NCBI GenBank assembly: GCA_963675525.2
Contig: CAXXSL010000011.1
Span: forward strand, 512,001 to 576,000
Origin: Anaerohalosphaeraceae bacterium
Lineage (GTDB): Bacteria > Planctomycetota > Phycisphaerae > Sedimentisphaerales > Anaerohalosphaeraceae
Direction: 5' to 3'
DNA: 64,000 nucleotides
Numbering within the stretch: the stretch's first letter is position 1; the number at the start of each line of letters is the position of its first letter. The notes under the pieces are model-generated. The model was given only the letters and a program-made list of their open reading frames with translations, ran no database searches and was not told the origin of the DNA. The position numbers were made by a program, and so were the translations under genes. Shown here in pieces: positions 20,401 through 28,783 of the stretch.

Positions 20401-20694
20401 CTGCCCAACATCACCGGCGGTATTTTCAAACGTGATATTCTCGGCGATAAAATCATCGGCCTCAATCGTCACCGACGGCGTGCGGAACGTGCCCAGATCC
20501 TTCCCCTCGTCATCTTTCATGCCGGCATACAAATCATATGTCAACACGGTCTGTTTTGCATCCTGGCCCCGGAAAGTTAAAAAACGCTTGGATCGCGGTA
20601 CGACAATTTTTTCTTTATAGGTTCCCGGCTCAATCTCAATTACAGTCGGTGTGGCATTCTGTTCCTCGACCGCATCCACCGCCGCCTGTACCAT
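17446..20694 (-). CDS. CE8 pectin methylesterase + degenerate GH43-like beta-propeller + GH28; probably the C-terminal part of a longer gene starting at 21646
   Basis: CE8 motifs GQALA, WQDTL, DFIFG, YLGRPW; GH28 motifs NNDG, GDDC, GHGG, RIKS. The frame stays open upstream of the track start with IITVSADGTKDF, the CE8 N-terminus, and no signal peptide. Confidence 0.88.
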   Translation of the reverse strand: MVQAAVDAVEEQNATPTVIEIEPGTYKEKIVVPRSKRFLTFRGQDAKQTVLTYDLYAGMKDDEGKDLGTFRTPSVTIEADDFIAENITFENTAGDVGQALAVTVVGDRVIFRNCRFLGWQDTLLDQTGRHYYENCYIVGHCDFIFGGGTAFFEKCHIHCLEGSYITAASTPQHQPYGYVFSNCKITGQPKDSKTYLGRPWRDYASVIFLNTEMSDIVRPEGWHNWKRPHREKTARYGEYNSTGPGANPDARVEWSRQLTAEQAEKITIQTVLSGDDGWNPIAGTVSTTSKIVPASATDIQSLKKKIADDTRDGSAYLFTSFCKSGKGGLVFFYSENGLDWQKLAGPIVIPSTDAPKPIIHPYLLCGPDGAFHLVWQTGLNNGQEIGYAHSGDLIDWSDARSFDLMKEQKAFYVVDPKLFYDTAAEKFVMTWASTLPGNYFQAYQEDVKDNPRLWVTTTSDFEIFTPAEPFFEPGYSVNNAVIVEQSNRYAMVHEDRRKMCKTLCVSFADALQGPWGPAENVLPQTSYQNPAVLQIGDEMIVYFESADGQKRGALITRDFNTWMDVTEFVSFPAGYYYGNVLKIDRDILAGLKIRLNESIEPIHAPFPMPELKRPEFPNRVVDIRNHGAIDGGQTDNTKAFSEAIKMCADAGGGRVLVPQGKWYTGPIHLKSNIDLHLAEGAEIIFSDRLEDYLPVVLVRVGGIELYNYSPLIYAWDCENVAVTGPGKLNGNAEAWWPWKGRETKAFFEMAAAGVPVEKRVFGTPEAAIRPNFLCLMNCRNVLLEGFTIGSGPNWTIHPVYCENVIIRRVNVLTDGPNNDGIDPDSCRNVLIEHCTFDTGDDCVVLKSGYNEDGWRVGKPTENVVMRHCFSKRGHGGLVIGSEMSGDVRNVYMYDCTFEGTDRAIRIKSKRGRGGVVENVWARDLKLRNMQREAVIFNMAYSSDKKQAQNEKAPIFRNFDIRNLTCEGAPTAILMRALEDAPIENVHFENISISSKQGIVCENVKNLVFDTVSVTPQQGSVYRITNGSDVTICQNTIAEQTEVFLEVSGATSSNIHIRESDLSKVSEIVCVKDGATKEVVRIE

Positions 20695-20719
20695 CGTAAA
20701 ATCCTTTGTCCCATCAGCA

Positions 20720-21646
20720 CTAACGGTGATGATTCTTAGTATCCGTTTCGGAAGATGGAATCTGTTGCGATGTCCGAGCCCAATGCACCCGCCACAGCCA
20801 GCCGGCTATTTCCTGCCTGTAATCAACCCCAAACTTGTCCCATTCCGAAATCCGATGCGGTGCCCCTTCAATCGTAATCAAGTCGCAGGGGACATTGTTC
20901 ACTTTCAGTTTAGCCTGGAAAGCAATGGATTGTTCATACGGCACACTTTGGTCGGCAGTTCCATGAACTAACAGAAACGGCGGCAAGCCTGACGTGACAT
21001 AATTAATCGGTGAAATTTGCTCCAGCAAAGCCTTCGACTGCGCATCGATGTCTTTGGGACGGTCCAGCAGTTTCTGCATACACTCGCTCAACCCTCCGCG
21101 CCGCGCCGAATCCGCCAGATGGTCCGTCGGCGGCGCGATACCCACCACCGCTTGAACCCGTTCCTCAAGAGCAGACTGCACAGGCCAAATGGCCTCCGGC
21201 CGAATAGCCGATCAGTGCGATTTGCTGTGGATCACCGTCGATACTCCGATGCATGTGCTTTCACCCAGCGAATGGCGGACTGGACATCTTCCAGGCAGGC
21301 GGGCCATCGATGTTTTGGAGCCAGGCGATAGTTGATCGAAAACCAGGCAAATCCGGCATCGGAAAGCGGTTCAAAAAGAAAACTCATGTCCTGTTTGTCG
21401 CCGCCGACCCAACCGCCGCCATGCACGATGATAACCACCGGGCGTGAGCCTGTTGCCTTCCGGCACAAAAGCATTCAGCAACAGGCTTTCTCCATCAGCC
21501 CGGCCGTATTCAATATTTGGATGAAGTCCGGCAGACAAAGTCTCTCCGGAGGCCCTGATTTCACAGACACATACAATGAAAATTGCGATAAGAACCACCC
21601 GCAAAACCGCCCATCGACCGATATCCCGCCGGTTTGCCGTAATCAC
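20720..21646 (-). pseudogene. Frameshifted secreted alpha/beta-hydrolase esterase (BD-FAE/PaeX-like), likely the N-terminal domain of the CE8-GH28 gene; breaks may be sequencing indels
   Basis: GTG 21646 with AAGGAGA RBS and signal peptide; HGGGW, GYSAGGH (about 21190-21210), HGTADQSV and GAPH spread over different frames. Confidence 0.75.
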
Positions 21647-21954
21647 GTACAGTCTCTCCTTTCCATGGGACGTTAACACTGATTTGAGCCTTACTATACA
21701 AGATTAACACGGAAATATCAATCTACTTTTTCATAGCTGTGGTGCCTGGTAAAAAACCACCCGTAGAACAGCAGTATCATCCACCCATACTGAAATCTTC
21801 GATTTCAGTGACGACAACCGGCTGCCAACTCTCGCCGGTGAACCCCTATAACGATTCAAGGCGACACATTACGTCGCCAGCGAATCGTTATGAATTAAAG
21901 ACCGATCGCACGAAAAATCGTGTAAATGATCGTACTGTAAAATTCCCAAAAAAA

Positions 21955-22782
21955 TCACTGCCCCCCGATCAGCCGGAAAACAGTGTCATAATATACATCA
22001 TACCCAACCGTGCTCTTTGCAAAATCATCCCATACCTCATGCTCAAAGACTTCCGTGTCCTTGCATCCGCTGACATGGGCATCGGCGTATAAAGCATTAA
22101 CCATATATTTATTGGATGCGTCATAAGTATCTTCATTGTTTTGCGATCTTTGATGGCTCAGGTTGCTCCGGGTATGCAGGATATCTGTGGCATAAGGAAT
22201 CGCATGATGAAGCTGGACGAATTTTTTGGCAAGTTCCAACCTGGGCGGACTATTACTGTCCCATTTGGGAGTTCCGCTCGGAATCGGAAAATAAGTATAT
22301 CCCATCCTTACCCATTGGTTATGCGCAATCCCGAGTGAATCGGCGGTATTATAATCCTGCGGGAGCGTCCCCCACGGGGCGGGATTTTCGTAGGATTCAT
22401 ATTTGTATCCCTCCATCCGATTGCCCGGACAATAAAAAGCCTCCGGCGTGTCCATGAACCCCGCTTCATATAACTTTGCCCATCGCAAAGGAATAAGTTT
22501 TCCATTGGAATAAGAATATTCTGACTTATCTCCCCGATACAAAGCATACCCATGGCCAAATTCCGCGTGTCCATCTCGATCAAGGGAATCCGGCAAACTT
22601 TCGTAGGATTGTGAATAGTTTGTCATGGCAAGCCCTACTTGTCGAAGTCGAGCAGCACAGACAACCTGTTTGGCATAGTCTTTGGCTCTTTTAAGGCTGG
22701 GCAGGACAACGGAAAGCAACAGCGCGATAATCGCAATCACAACCAACAACTCGATTAATGTAAAGGCTCGTCTTTTTTTCAT
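21955..22782 (-). CDS. Prepilin-type N-terminal cleavage/methylation domain protein (DUF1559-like pilin)
   Basis: RRA|FTLIELLVVIAIIALLLSVVLPSL; FYCPG; LSH...NALYADAHV. Confidence 0.9.
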   Translation of the reverse strand: MKKRRAFTLIELLVVIAIIALLLSVVLPSLKRAKDYAKQVVCAARLRQVGLAMTNYSQSYESLPDSLDRDGHAEFGHGYALYRGDKSEYSYSNGKLIPLRWAKLYEAGFMDTPEAFYCPGNRMEGYKYESYENPAPWGTLPQDYNTADSLGIAHNQWVRMGYTYFPIPSGTPKWDSNSPPRLELAKKFVQLHHAIPYATDILHTRSNLSHQRSQNNEDTYDASNKYMVNALYADAHVSGCKDTEVFEHEVWDDFAKSTVGYDVYYDTVFRLIGGQ

Positions 22783-22930
22783 GGGATCCTCATTAAAGTT
22801 AAATCACTTAAAACCTCAACAAATAAAAGAAACTGTAACGTATTTTATTCCCTAAGTAACACTCTACTGCGACGATTTAGTGCGTTAAGGATTAAAAAGC
22901 CTAAACATAATCGAACTCAACTTACTCTCT

Positions 22931-22996
22931 ATTATCTCAAATTCATAAACAGAGAACAAGTCCATTTTGCGCCTTTATAAAAGCAATTTTGCGCAA
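22931..22996 (-). promoter_or_regulatory. Tandem activator site plus sigma70 promoter for the pilin/pectinase operon
   Basis: Minus strand: TTGCGCAAAATTG...GCGCAAAATGGA C TTGTTC-17 nt-GATAAT. Confidence 0.75.
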
Positions 22997-23051
22997 AAAA
23001 CATGATAATCCAAGATGTTTTCGAGGCTACTTCGACAATCCCTCTAAATGA

Positions 23052-23088
23052 TTTGGGCCCGCACTTGAGGGTAAGTGCAGGCCCAAAA
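23052..23088 (-). terminator. Stem-loop after the 23123..24511 gene
   Basis: TTTGGGCCCGCACTT/AAGTGCAGGCCCAAA inverted repeat about 35 nt past the stop. Confidence 0.6.
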
Positions 23089-23122
23089 TACCTTATTACA
23101 TTACAATACTATATTAAATGTG

Positions 23123-24511
23123 TCATTCTTGACCGCAGTTGGTCAACGTATCCGTACACTCCAGCCAATCATTGATGATCAGCGCAACCAAATCATCCAA
23201 GTCCACAATACAGTCCTGATTTTCATCCGCCGCATTGTACGCCGCCCCTGTATCAAGATGGGAGGCATCGCAGGCATCGTCTCCGACAACGATGCGAACG
23301 GTATCGGAAGTTTCTAGATACCCGTCATTAGCCGTCAGCGTAAATTCATACTCGCCACGTGTAAGGTTGACGGATGTATCTTCGGCATCATCGGGACTGA
23401 TCGTGACCGTGACGCCGTCAGGGCCGCCCGTTTGGGTCCACAAGACGGTATAAGCACCATCATCGGATGCCGTGCCATCCAGATAGACGGTCACATTCGG
23501 ATCTGTATCGAGCCACACGACCTGGGGCAGACCTGCATCAGCACTGGGATACAGCCCCACATAGAACGACCACTCCTCGCCGGGAATCGACGCGGGAGAT
23601 CGGCTGGGGTCTTGGCAATCGACATACCAGTAATACATCGTATCGTTCGCCAGTGAACCGTATGTGGGGAAATTGGTTGTATTGATCGCCACTGATGAAA
23701 CACCAGCTCCAAGCGAAACAGATTCCATGTTCCCTATACGATTCGGCTCGGTCCCTAAATAAACGGTACACGTAATGTCGCTGACACCGTCGTTGGGATC
23801 CGGATTCGTCCAGGACAATGAAGCCTGCGATGTTTCGACCACTTCTCCAACCTCAGGATTGGGCCAATCGGCCCCTTCCGGCGGGAACGTTAATGTCAGG
23901 TATGATCGCCAGGCTTCCGTGGGGTGATCGGAAGTCGCAAAATCGAGCAGGTTGGGGGAATTATGCAAAACGAACTGCACGGTCCCATCCGTATCCGCCT
24001 GTAGAACCGCCAGGACATCGATATCAAATGAATCCCCCGGCAAGCCATCCGTAAATGCAATGGTATCCAGATACGCGGTCTTTAACGGATCCAGCAGTCC
24101 CAGATCCGACGTCAGGTTTCCCGGCGCATTGTTCCAGGTCAGCGCATAAATGCCATTACCCGGATCTTCATTGATCGGATGATCGACCCACAGGATGTTA
24201 TCGGTGACATCGTCGTTGACGGCAGACAGGTCGCATGTCTGGGACCCCGTCTTTGGATTATGCAGCGCAACGGTTAAAACAGCCCCTCTAAGGGTGCTCA
24301 AGTCATAGGCTCCAAGCTGGTCGTACTTGATCCAGGACTTGTTGCCGTTTGAGCTTGCTCGCACACTGAGTTTTTGCGAATCGTGCCTGTTTATGTCTGC
24401 ATTGCCCAACCCTTCCGTCCGACAGCTCATGTTAGATGGAACAATCACATCCGCAGCGAACACACTGCCGGCGAGAACACACGTGATCAATAATAAACAT
24501 AACTTTTTCAT
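23123..24511 (-). CDS. Secreted DNRLRE-like + Ig/PKD-like protein with C-terminal half-dockerin
   Basis: Signal peptide; KSWIKYD, LTWNNAPG, LQADTDG; PKD-like YEFTLTANDG; tail DENQDCIVDLDDLVALIINDWLECT. Confidence 0.8.
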   Translation of the reverse strand: MKKLCLLLITCVLAGSVFAADVIVPSNMSCRTEGLGNADINRHDSQKLSVRASSNGNKSWIKYDQLGAYDLSTLRGAVLTVALHNPKTGSQTCDLSAVNDDVTDNILWVDHPINEDPGNGIYALTWNNAPGNLTSDLGLLDPLKTAYLDTIAFTDGLPGDSFDIDVLAVLQADTDGTVQFVLHNSPNLLDFATSDHPTEAWRSYLTLTFPPEGADWPNPEVGEVVETSQASLSWTNPDPNDGVSDITCTVYLGTEPNRIGNMESVSLGAGVSSVAINTTNFPTYGSLANDTMYYWYVDCQDPSRSPASIPGEEWSFYVGLYPSADAGLPQVVWLDTDPNVTVYLDGTASDDGAYTVLWTQTGGPDGVTVTISPDDAEDTSVNLTRGEYEFTLTANDGYLETSDTVRIVVGDDACDASHLDTGAAYNAADENQDCIVDLDDLVALIINDWLECTDTLTNCGQE

Positions 24512-24549
24512 TTTTATCTCCTATCGACTGAAATACTATTCAAATAGTT

Positions 24550-26616
24550 TTAGTTGCCGCAGTTCGTTTCTGTATCCGTGCAATCCAGCCAATTGGCTGC
24601 GATCAGCTCTGCAAAATCTTCCAAATTCACAATGCAGTCCTGGTTCACATCGCCGGGGTCATAAGCGGCTCCTGCAACCATGTGGGACGCATCACAAGGG
24701 TCGGTTCCAACCACGATCCGAACCGTATCCGAATTCACGCCACTGTCGTCAATCGCGCCATCATCGGCCGTGAGCACAAATACATAATCACCGCGTTCGG
24801 TTATTGTCACGGATGTGTCATCCACATTATCGGGGGCGATGGCAACTGCCGGGGCCCCGTTATCCTCTTGCGTCCACAGAACGGTATAAGCGGCCGGAGG
24901 ATTCGGCAAACCGTCATCCGAGGTCGTACCGTCCAGATAGACCAATTCCTGGCCCGGCGTACCGCTCTTGCCCAGCCACACAGTTTGGGGCGATCCTGCA
25001 TCGACAACAGGAGCTTCATTATTATTCACATAGAAATCCCACGGCAATCCGGGAATCAAGCCGGCGCTGGGGTCATCACAGTCAACGAACCACCAATAGG
25101 TTTCGAGATTCACAAGGTTCCCGAAGTTGGGGAAATTAGTCGTATTGATAAAGACCCCCTGAGAATCCGGAGTCAATGTCACACTGTCCATCAATAAACG
25201 GTTGGGCTCGGTACCCAGGTAAACGGTACAGGTAATGGGGCTTGTCCCGTCATTGGGGTCCGGATTGGTCCAGCCCAGTCCGGCCAGACTCGTCGGAACA
25301 ACATCACCGGGACATGGGGATGGATTATCCGCTCCGGCAGGAGCTACAAGGATTTTCAGCATCGGCCAGTACTCTTCGCCGCTTGTATTATCATGTGTTG
25401 CAAAGTCCATGAGGCCACTGGCGTTATGCAGCACAAACTGCACGACTCCATCCGTGTCGGCCTGAAGGATCGAAAGTACATCAGTTTCGAATTGATCTCC
25501 AATCAAAGCGCCGGGCAGTTCCGAATAGTCTATGGTTCCGACCTGCGTGGTTTGGTTCGGATCAAGACCTTGCTGAAGCTGTGCGACCGTAAAACTCGGA
25601 TCAACAGGATTGACCCCGTCGTTGCTGACAATATTGCCGGGTGCATTGTTCCAGGTAATATCTGTTTCACCCCAGCCGATATTAGTCATGTAGTCATCGT
25701 TGACCGCCGACAGCGTGGTTGTGCCGGTTCTGCTTCTATACGCCGTAACCCTCAGGGTTGCCGCTCTGATGTTGGCGGGGTCGATCCCCAGATCGTTAAT
25801 ATCAAACTTGATCCAGGATTTTGCCGCCTTGGCATCGCTCCTGACGGAGAGCTTATTGCTGTCAGTTCTGTTATCATTAACCCGGGAGTCAGTGCCGTCA
25901 AACAACTCCGTTCGGCAACTCACATCAGCATAGGTGGAAATCAACTCGCCGATATCCGGACAGGTTCCTGTCGGGAGAGTTGTATAGACCAAAGCAGGAA
26001 AGTATTCTGAGCCACTCGGGTGGTCGTGCGTTGAAAAACTCGTATCACCGCCGGAACCATGCAGAACAAACTGTACAGTCCCATCGGTATCGGCCTGCAG
26101 GATTGAAAGAACGTCAATAGTGAACTGTTGACCCGCCACGCCGTCTGTATAATCGATGGTTCCGACCAGTGTGGTTAAGGCCGGGTCAAGATTGTCCTGA
26201 AGTTCATCGAGTGTAATCGCGGCATCAGGGTTAATCCCATCAGCGCTGGTGTAATTACCCGGAGCATTGTTCCAGGTCAGAGATCCATCCAACACGGCTG
26301 GGCCGGTGGTTACGTCATCATTCACGGCCGACACTAAACACGTGCTGCTCTTGGACGCATGCAGTGTAACCCGAAGCTGACATGAGGTCATTGCGTCAAT
26401 ATCCAGTCCACTGACATCGAACTTGATCCAGGATTTTGCCGCCTTATAATCACTCCTGACGCTGAGCTTTGAGCTGTCAGACTTGACGGTATCGGCCTCT
26501 GAGTCTGTGCCGTTGTTCAGCGACGTCCGGGAACTGTCACTGGCATACTGAATCCCGTCAGCAGCTACCATGCTGCTTACAAAACATAATAACGCCAAAA
26601 AACATAATTTTCTCAT
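24550..26616 (-). CDS. Secreted protein with two DNRLRE-like domains, Ig/PKD-like domains and C-terminal half-dockerin
   Basis: Internal duplication of KAAKSWIKFD...TWNNAPG...LQADTDG...THD; tail GDVNQDCIVNLEDFAELIAANWLDCT; paralogue of 23123..24511. Confidence 0.82.
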   Translation of the reverse strand: MRKLCFLALLCFVSSMVAADGIQYASDSSRTSLNNGTDSEADTVKSDSSKLSVRSDYKAAKSWIKFDVSGLDIDAMTSCQLRVTLHASKSSTCLVSAVNDDVTTGPAVLDGSLTWNNAPGNYTSADGINPDAAITLDELQDNLDPALTTLVGTIDYTDGVAGQQFTIDVLSILQADTDGTVQFVLHGSGGDTSFSTHDHPSGSEYFPALVYTTLPTGTCPDIGELISTYADVSCRTELFDGTDSRVNDNRTDSNKLSVRSDAKAAKSWIKFDINDLGIDPANIRAATLRVTAYRSRTGTTTLSAVNDDYMTNIGWGETDITWNNAPGNIVSNDGVNPVDPSFTVAQLQQGLDPNQTTQVGTIDYSELPGALIGDQFETDVLSILQADTDGVVQFVLHNASGLMDFATHDNTSGEEYWPMLKILVAPAGADNPSPCPGDVVPTSLAGLGWTNPDPNDGTSPITCTVYLGTEPNRLLMDSVTLTPDSQGVFINTTNFPNFGNLVNLETYWWFVDCDDPSAGLIPGLPWDFYVNNNEAPVVDAGSPQTVWLGKSGTPGQELVYLDGTTSDDGLPNPPAAYTVLWTQEDNGAPAVAIAPDNVDDTSVTITERGDYVFVLTADDGAIDDSGVNSDTVRIVVGTDPCDASHMVAGAAYDPGDVNQDCIVNLEDFAELIAANWLDCTDTETNCGN

Positions 26617-26768
26617 TTTACATCTCCTTTTAGATTAAAACGATCCGTTACTTGCGGTCTATCGGGCAACGCACTCAATAAAAACAAGTAACAGGTTGAA
26701 TTATATTCGATCCTTAATTTACACCCTATCCTTATGATAATATCTTGCCATTATCATATTATCTTGTC

Positions 26769-26834
26769 ATTATCGGAAATTAACAACTTTAAAACAAGGC
26801 AATATCGCGCGGAAACAAAGATGATTTTGCGCAA
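26769..26834 (-). promoter_or_regulatory. Tandem activator site plus sigma70 promoter
   Basis: Minus strand: TTGCGCAAAATCA...GCGCGATATTGC C TTGTTT-17 nt-GATAAT. Confidence 0.75.
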
Positions 26835-27027
26835 TATAACACCGGTTAATCTTATTCTCTGAACACATTGCTGAATATGTCTACGTACTTTATCGTCATA
26901 AAAAACGCGTTATCAGTACTGGAAATTCTGCCTTGTCCGCTTTTCACGCAACTTATCTTTTACTTCAGAAACAGCCCTGCTGAAATCTGTCTTCTTGTTA
27001 TCGAAAGTTACGATGGATTCAATCTTG

Positions 27028-27076
27028 AAAAAATCCCGGCCAATTTACGATAGGTCGTTTAGATTGGCCGGGATTT
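27028..27076 (-). terminator. Rho-independent terminator of the PEP-CTERM array
   Basis: AAATCCCGGCCAAT/ATTGGCCGGGATTT stem followed by a T-run on the minus strand. Confidence 0.7.
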
Positions 27077-27119
27077 AAGTACACATAGAGAGATCTCTCA
27101 ATTAACAATCACTCACATG

Positions 27120-27827
27120 TTAGCGTTTTCTCCTGATTGCAACCAAGCCACCCAGACCCAGCAGAAGCATCGTTGCCGGCTCAGGAACGACGAGAGATGC
27201 TCCGGTGCCGACCTCTTTGACCTGAAAACGCGCCTGATTGCTGCTGGTACTTGCTTCACCACGTACGATCAGGAACGTGACCAAGCCGTTCGTGTCGGCG
27301 TTAAGGAAGGCATCCAGACCCGCACCGCTGAACGTGTACAAGGCGTCTGTTACCTGCGGACCGTAGAGCTGAGGACCAACCAATAGCGTCAGATTGGCAA
27401 CATCGAGGTCGCGGACGTCGTCCCATGAATTACCGAGCCCAGTCTCAACCGTCGGATTGTCACCATCCGGAATCAGTCCCGGGCAGGTGTTATATGTGAT
27501 TACGTCCTCCGCCCACGTTGCCTCTTCTGCATGCGTCTCGTTGAGGCCATACAGCGACAACGTCTTGTCAGACGAACTGTCGTCACGATACCAAACGAGA
27601 TTGAGCGCACTGCCCAAAGCCGCGGCATCTCCGGACACGTCAAACTTCAGCATGATCACATCATTGTCATCCGCGTCAATGTCCGTGCGGGCGTTGATTT
27701 GATCATTATCGTTCCTGTTGCTGTCCGCGCTGTCTTCGCGTACCCATGTGTCATCGGTGAGTATTGCAGCGAAACTCATGCTGCTGACCAGACACACTAC
27801 TAATAATACACATAATTTTTTCATCAT
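27120..27827 (-). CDS. PEP-CTERM protein with divergent DNRLRE-like domain
   Basis: Signal peptide; DDTWVRE, MLKFDVS, ITYNTCPG, FLNADTNGLVTF; tail VPEPATMLLLGLGGLVAIRRKR. Confidence 0.88.
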   Translation of the reverse strand: MMKKLCVLLVVCLVSSMSFAAILTDDTWVREDSADSNRNDNDQINARTDIDADDNDVIMLKFDVSGDAAALGSALNLVWYRDDSSSDKTLSLYGLNETHAEEATWAEDVITYNTCPGLIPDGDNPTVETGLGNSWDDVRDLDVANLTLLVGPQLYGPQVTDALYTFSGAGLDAFLNADTNGLVTFLIVRGEASTSSNQARFQVKEVGTGASLVVPEPATMLLLGLGGLVAIRRKR

Positions 27828-27971
27828 ACTCTCTCCTCATTAAACAAAGTTTAATTTACTAAACAACACACTTCATGCTTCAGAGAAGTATTGACTTCTC
27901 TGTTAACGTTTTCTCCTGATTGCGATCAGGCTGCCCAGACCCAGCAAAAGCATCGTTGCCGGTTCAGGAAC
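27821..27971. repeat. Copy of an imperfect direct repeat covering a gene start, the spacer with hairpin and a PEP-CTERM tail
   Basis: Matches 28620-28783 (TCATAC..TCTCCTCATTAAA-CAAAGTTTAATTTAC.AAACAA...ATGCTTCA.AGAAGTA.TGACTTCTCT..TTAACGTTTT.TCCTGATTGCGATCA); the tail also matches 27119-27189. Confidence 0.8.
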
Positions 27972-28625
27972 GGTGATCAGTGCAGGCCAGTATTCTTCGC
28001 CATTCGAATGATCGTGAGTAGAAAAATTTGTCTCACCGCCGGCGCCATGCAGAGCAAACAGCACGATGCCATCGGTATCAGCCTGCAGAATCGACAGTAC
28101 ATCCAAGACAAACTGGTCGCCCGCAACACCGCCATACGAATAGTCAACGGTTCCAATCAGCGTAGTCAGGGCCGGGTCCAGATTGTCCTGGAGATCATCG
28201 ACAGTAAATGATCCGTTATCAGGATTGATACCGTCAGCACTGGTAATATTACCGGGAGCAGTGTTCCAGGTTACAGATCCATCCAACGCGACAATGCCGC
28301 TGGTTACGTCATCATTCACGGCCGACACCAAACAAGTACTTGTCTTGTCGGAATGCAAGGTGACACGCAGTTGGGCACTTGTCAGTGAACCGACATCCAG
28401 ACCGCTGATGTCGAACTCGATCCAGGATTTTGCCGCCTTTGCATCACTTCTGGAAGTGAGTTTGCTGCCATCAGACTTGACTGTATCAACCAATGGATCT
28501 GATCCGTCTGATTGACCATTCAGCGATGTCCGCGAACTGTCAATGGCATACGTAATGTCAGCACGTACCGCCGGCGCCAAAACGAATGCTGCAATTACTA
28601 CTAACAAAATTAGTTTTTTCATCAT
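27903..28625 (-). CDS. PEP-CTERM protein with DNRLRE-like domain
   Basis: Start set to MMKKLILL at 28625 (GAGGAG RBS); domain highly similar to the first domain of 24550..26616; tail VPEPATMLLLGLGSLIAIRRKR. Confidence 0.88.
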   Translation of the reverse strand: MMKKLILLVVIAAFVLAPAVRADITYAIDSSRTSLNGQSDGSDPLVDTVKSDGSKLTSRSDAKAAKSWIEFDISGLDVGSLTSAQLRVTLHSDKTSTCLVSAVNDDVTSGIVALDGSVTWNTAPGNITSADGINPDNGSFTVDDLQDNLDPALTTLIGTVDYSYGGVAGDQFVLDVLSILQADTDGIVLFALHGAGGETNFSTHDHSNGEEYWPALITVPEPATMLLLGLGSLIAIRRKR

Positions 28626-28783
28626 ACTTCTCCTCATTAAAACAAAGTTTAATTTACCAAACAATAATACACACTTCCCACACACTTAATGCTTCAAAGA
28701 AGTACTGACTTCTCTTAACGTTTTTTCCTGATTGCGATCAAACCCCCAAGTCCCAGTAATACCAACGTCATCGGTTCCGGTAC
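28620..28783. repeat. Second copy of the PEP-CTERM junction repeat
   Basis: See 27821-27971. Confidence 0.75.
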
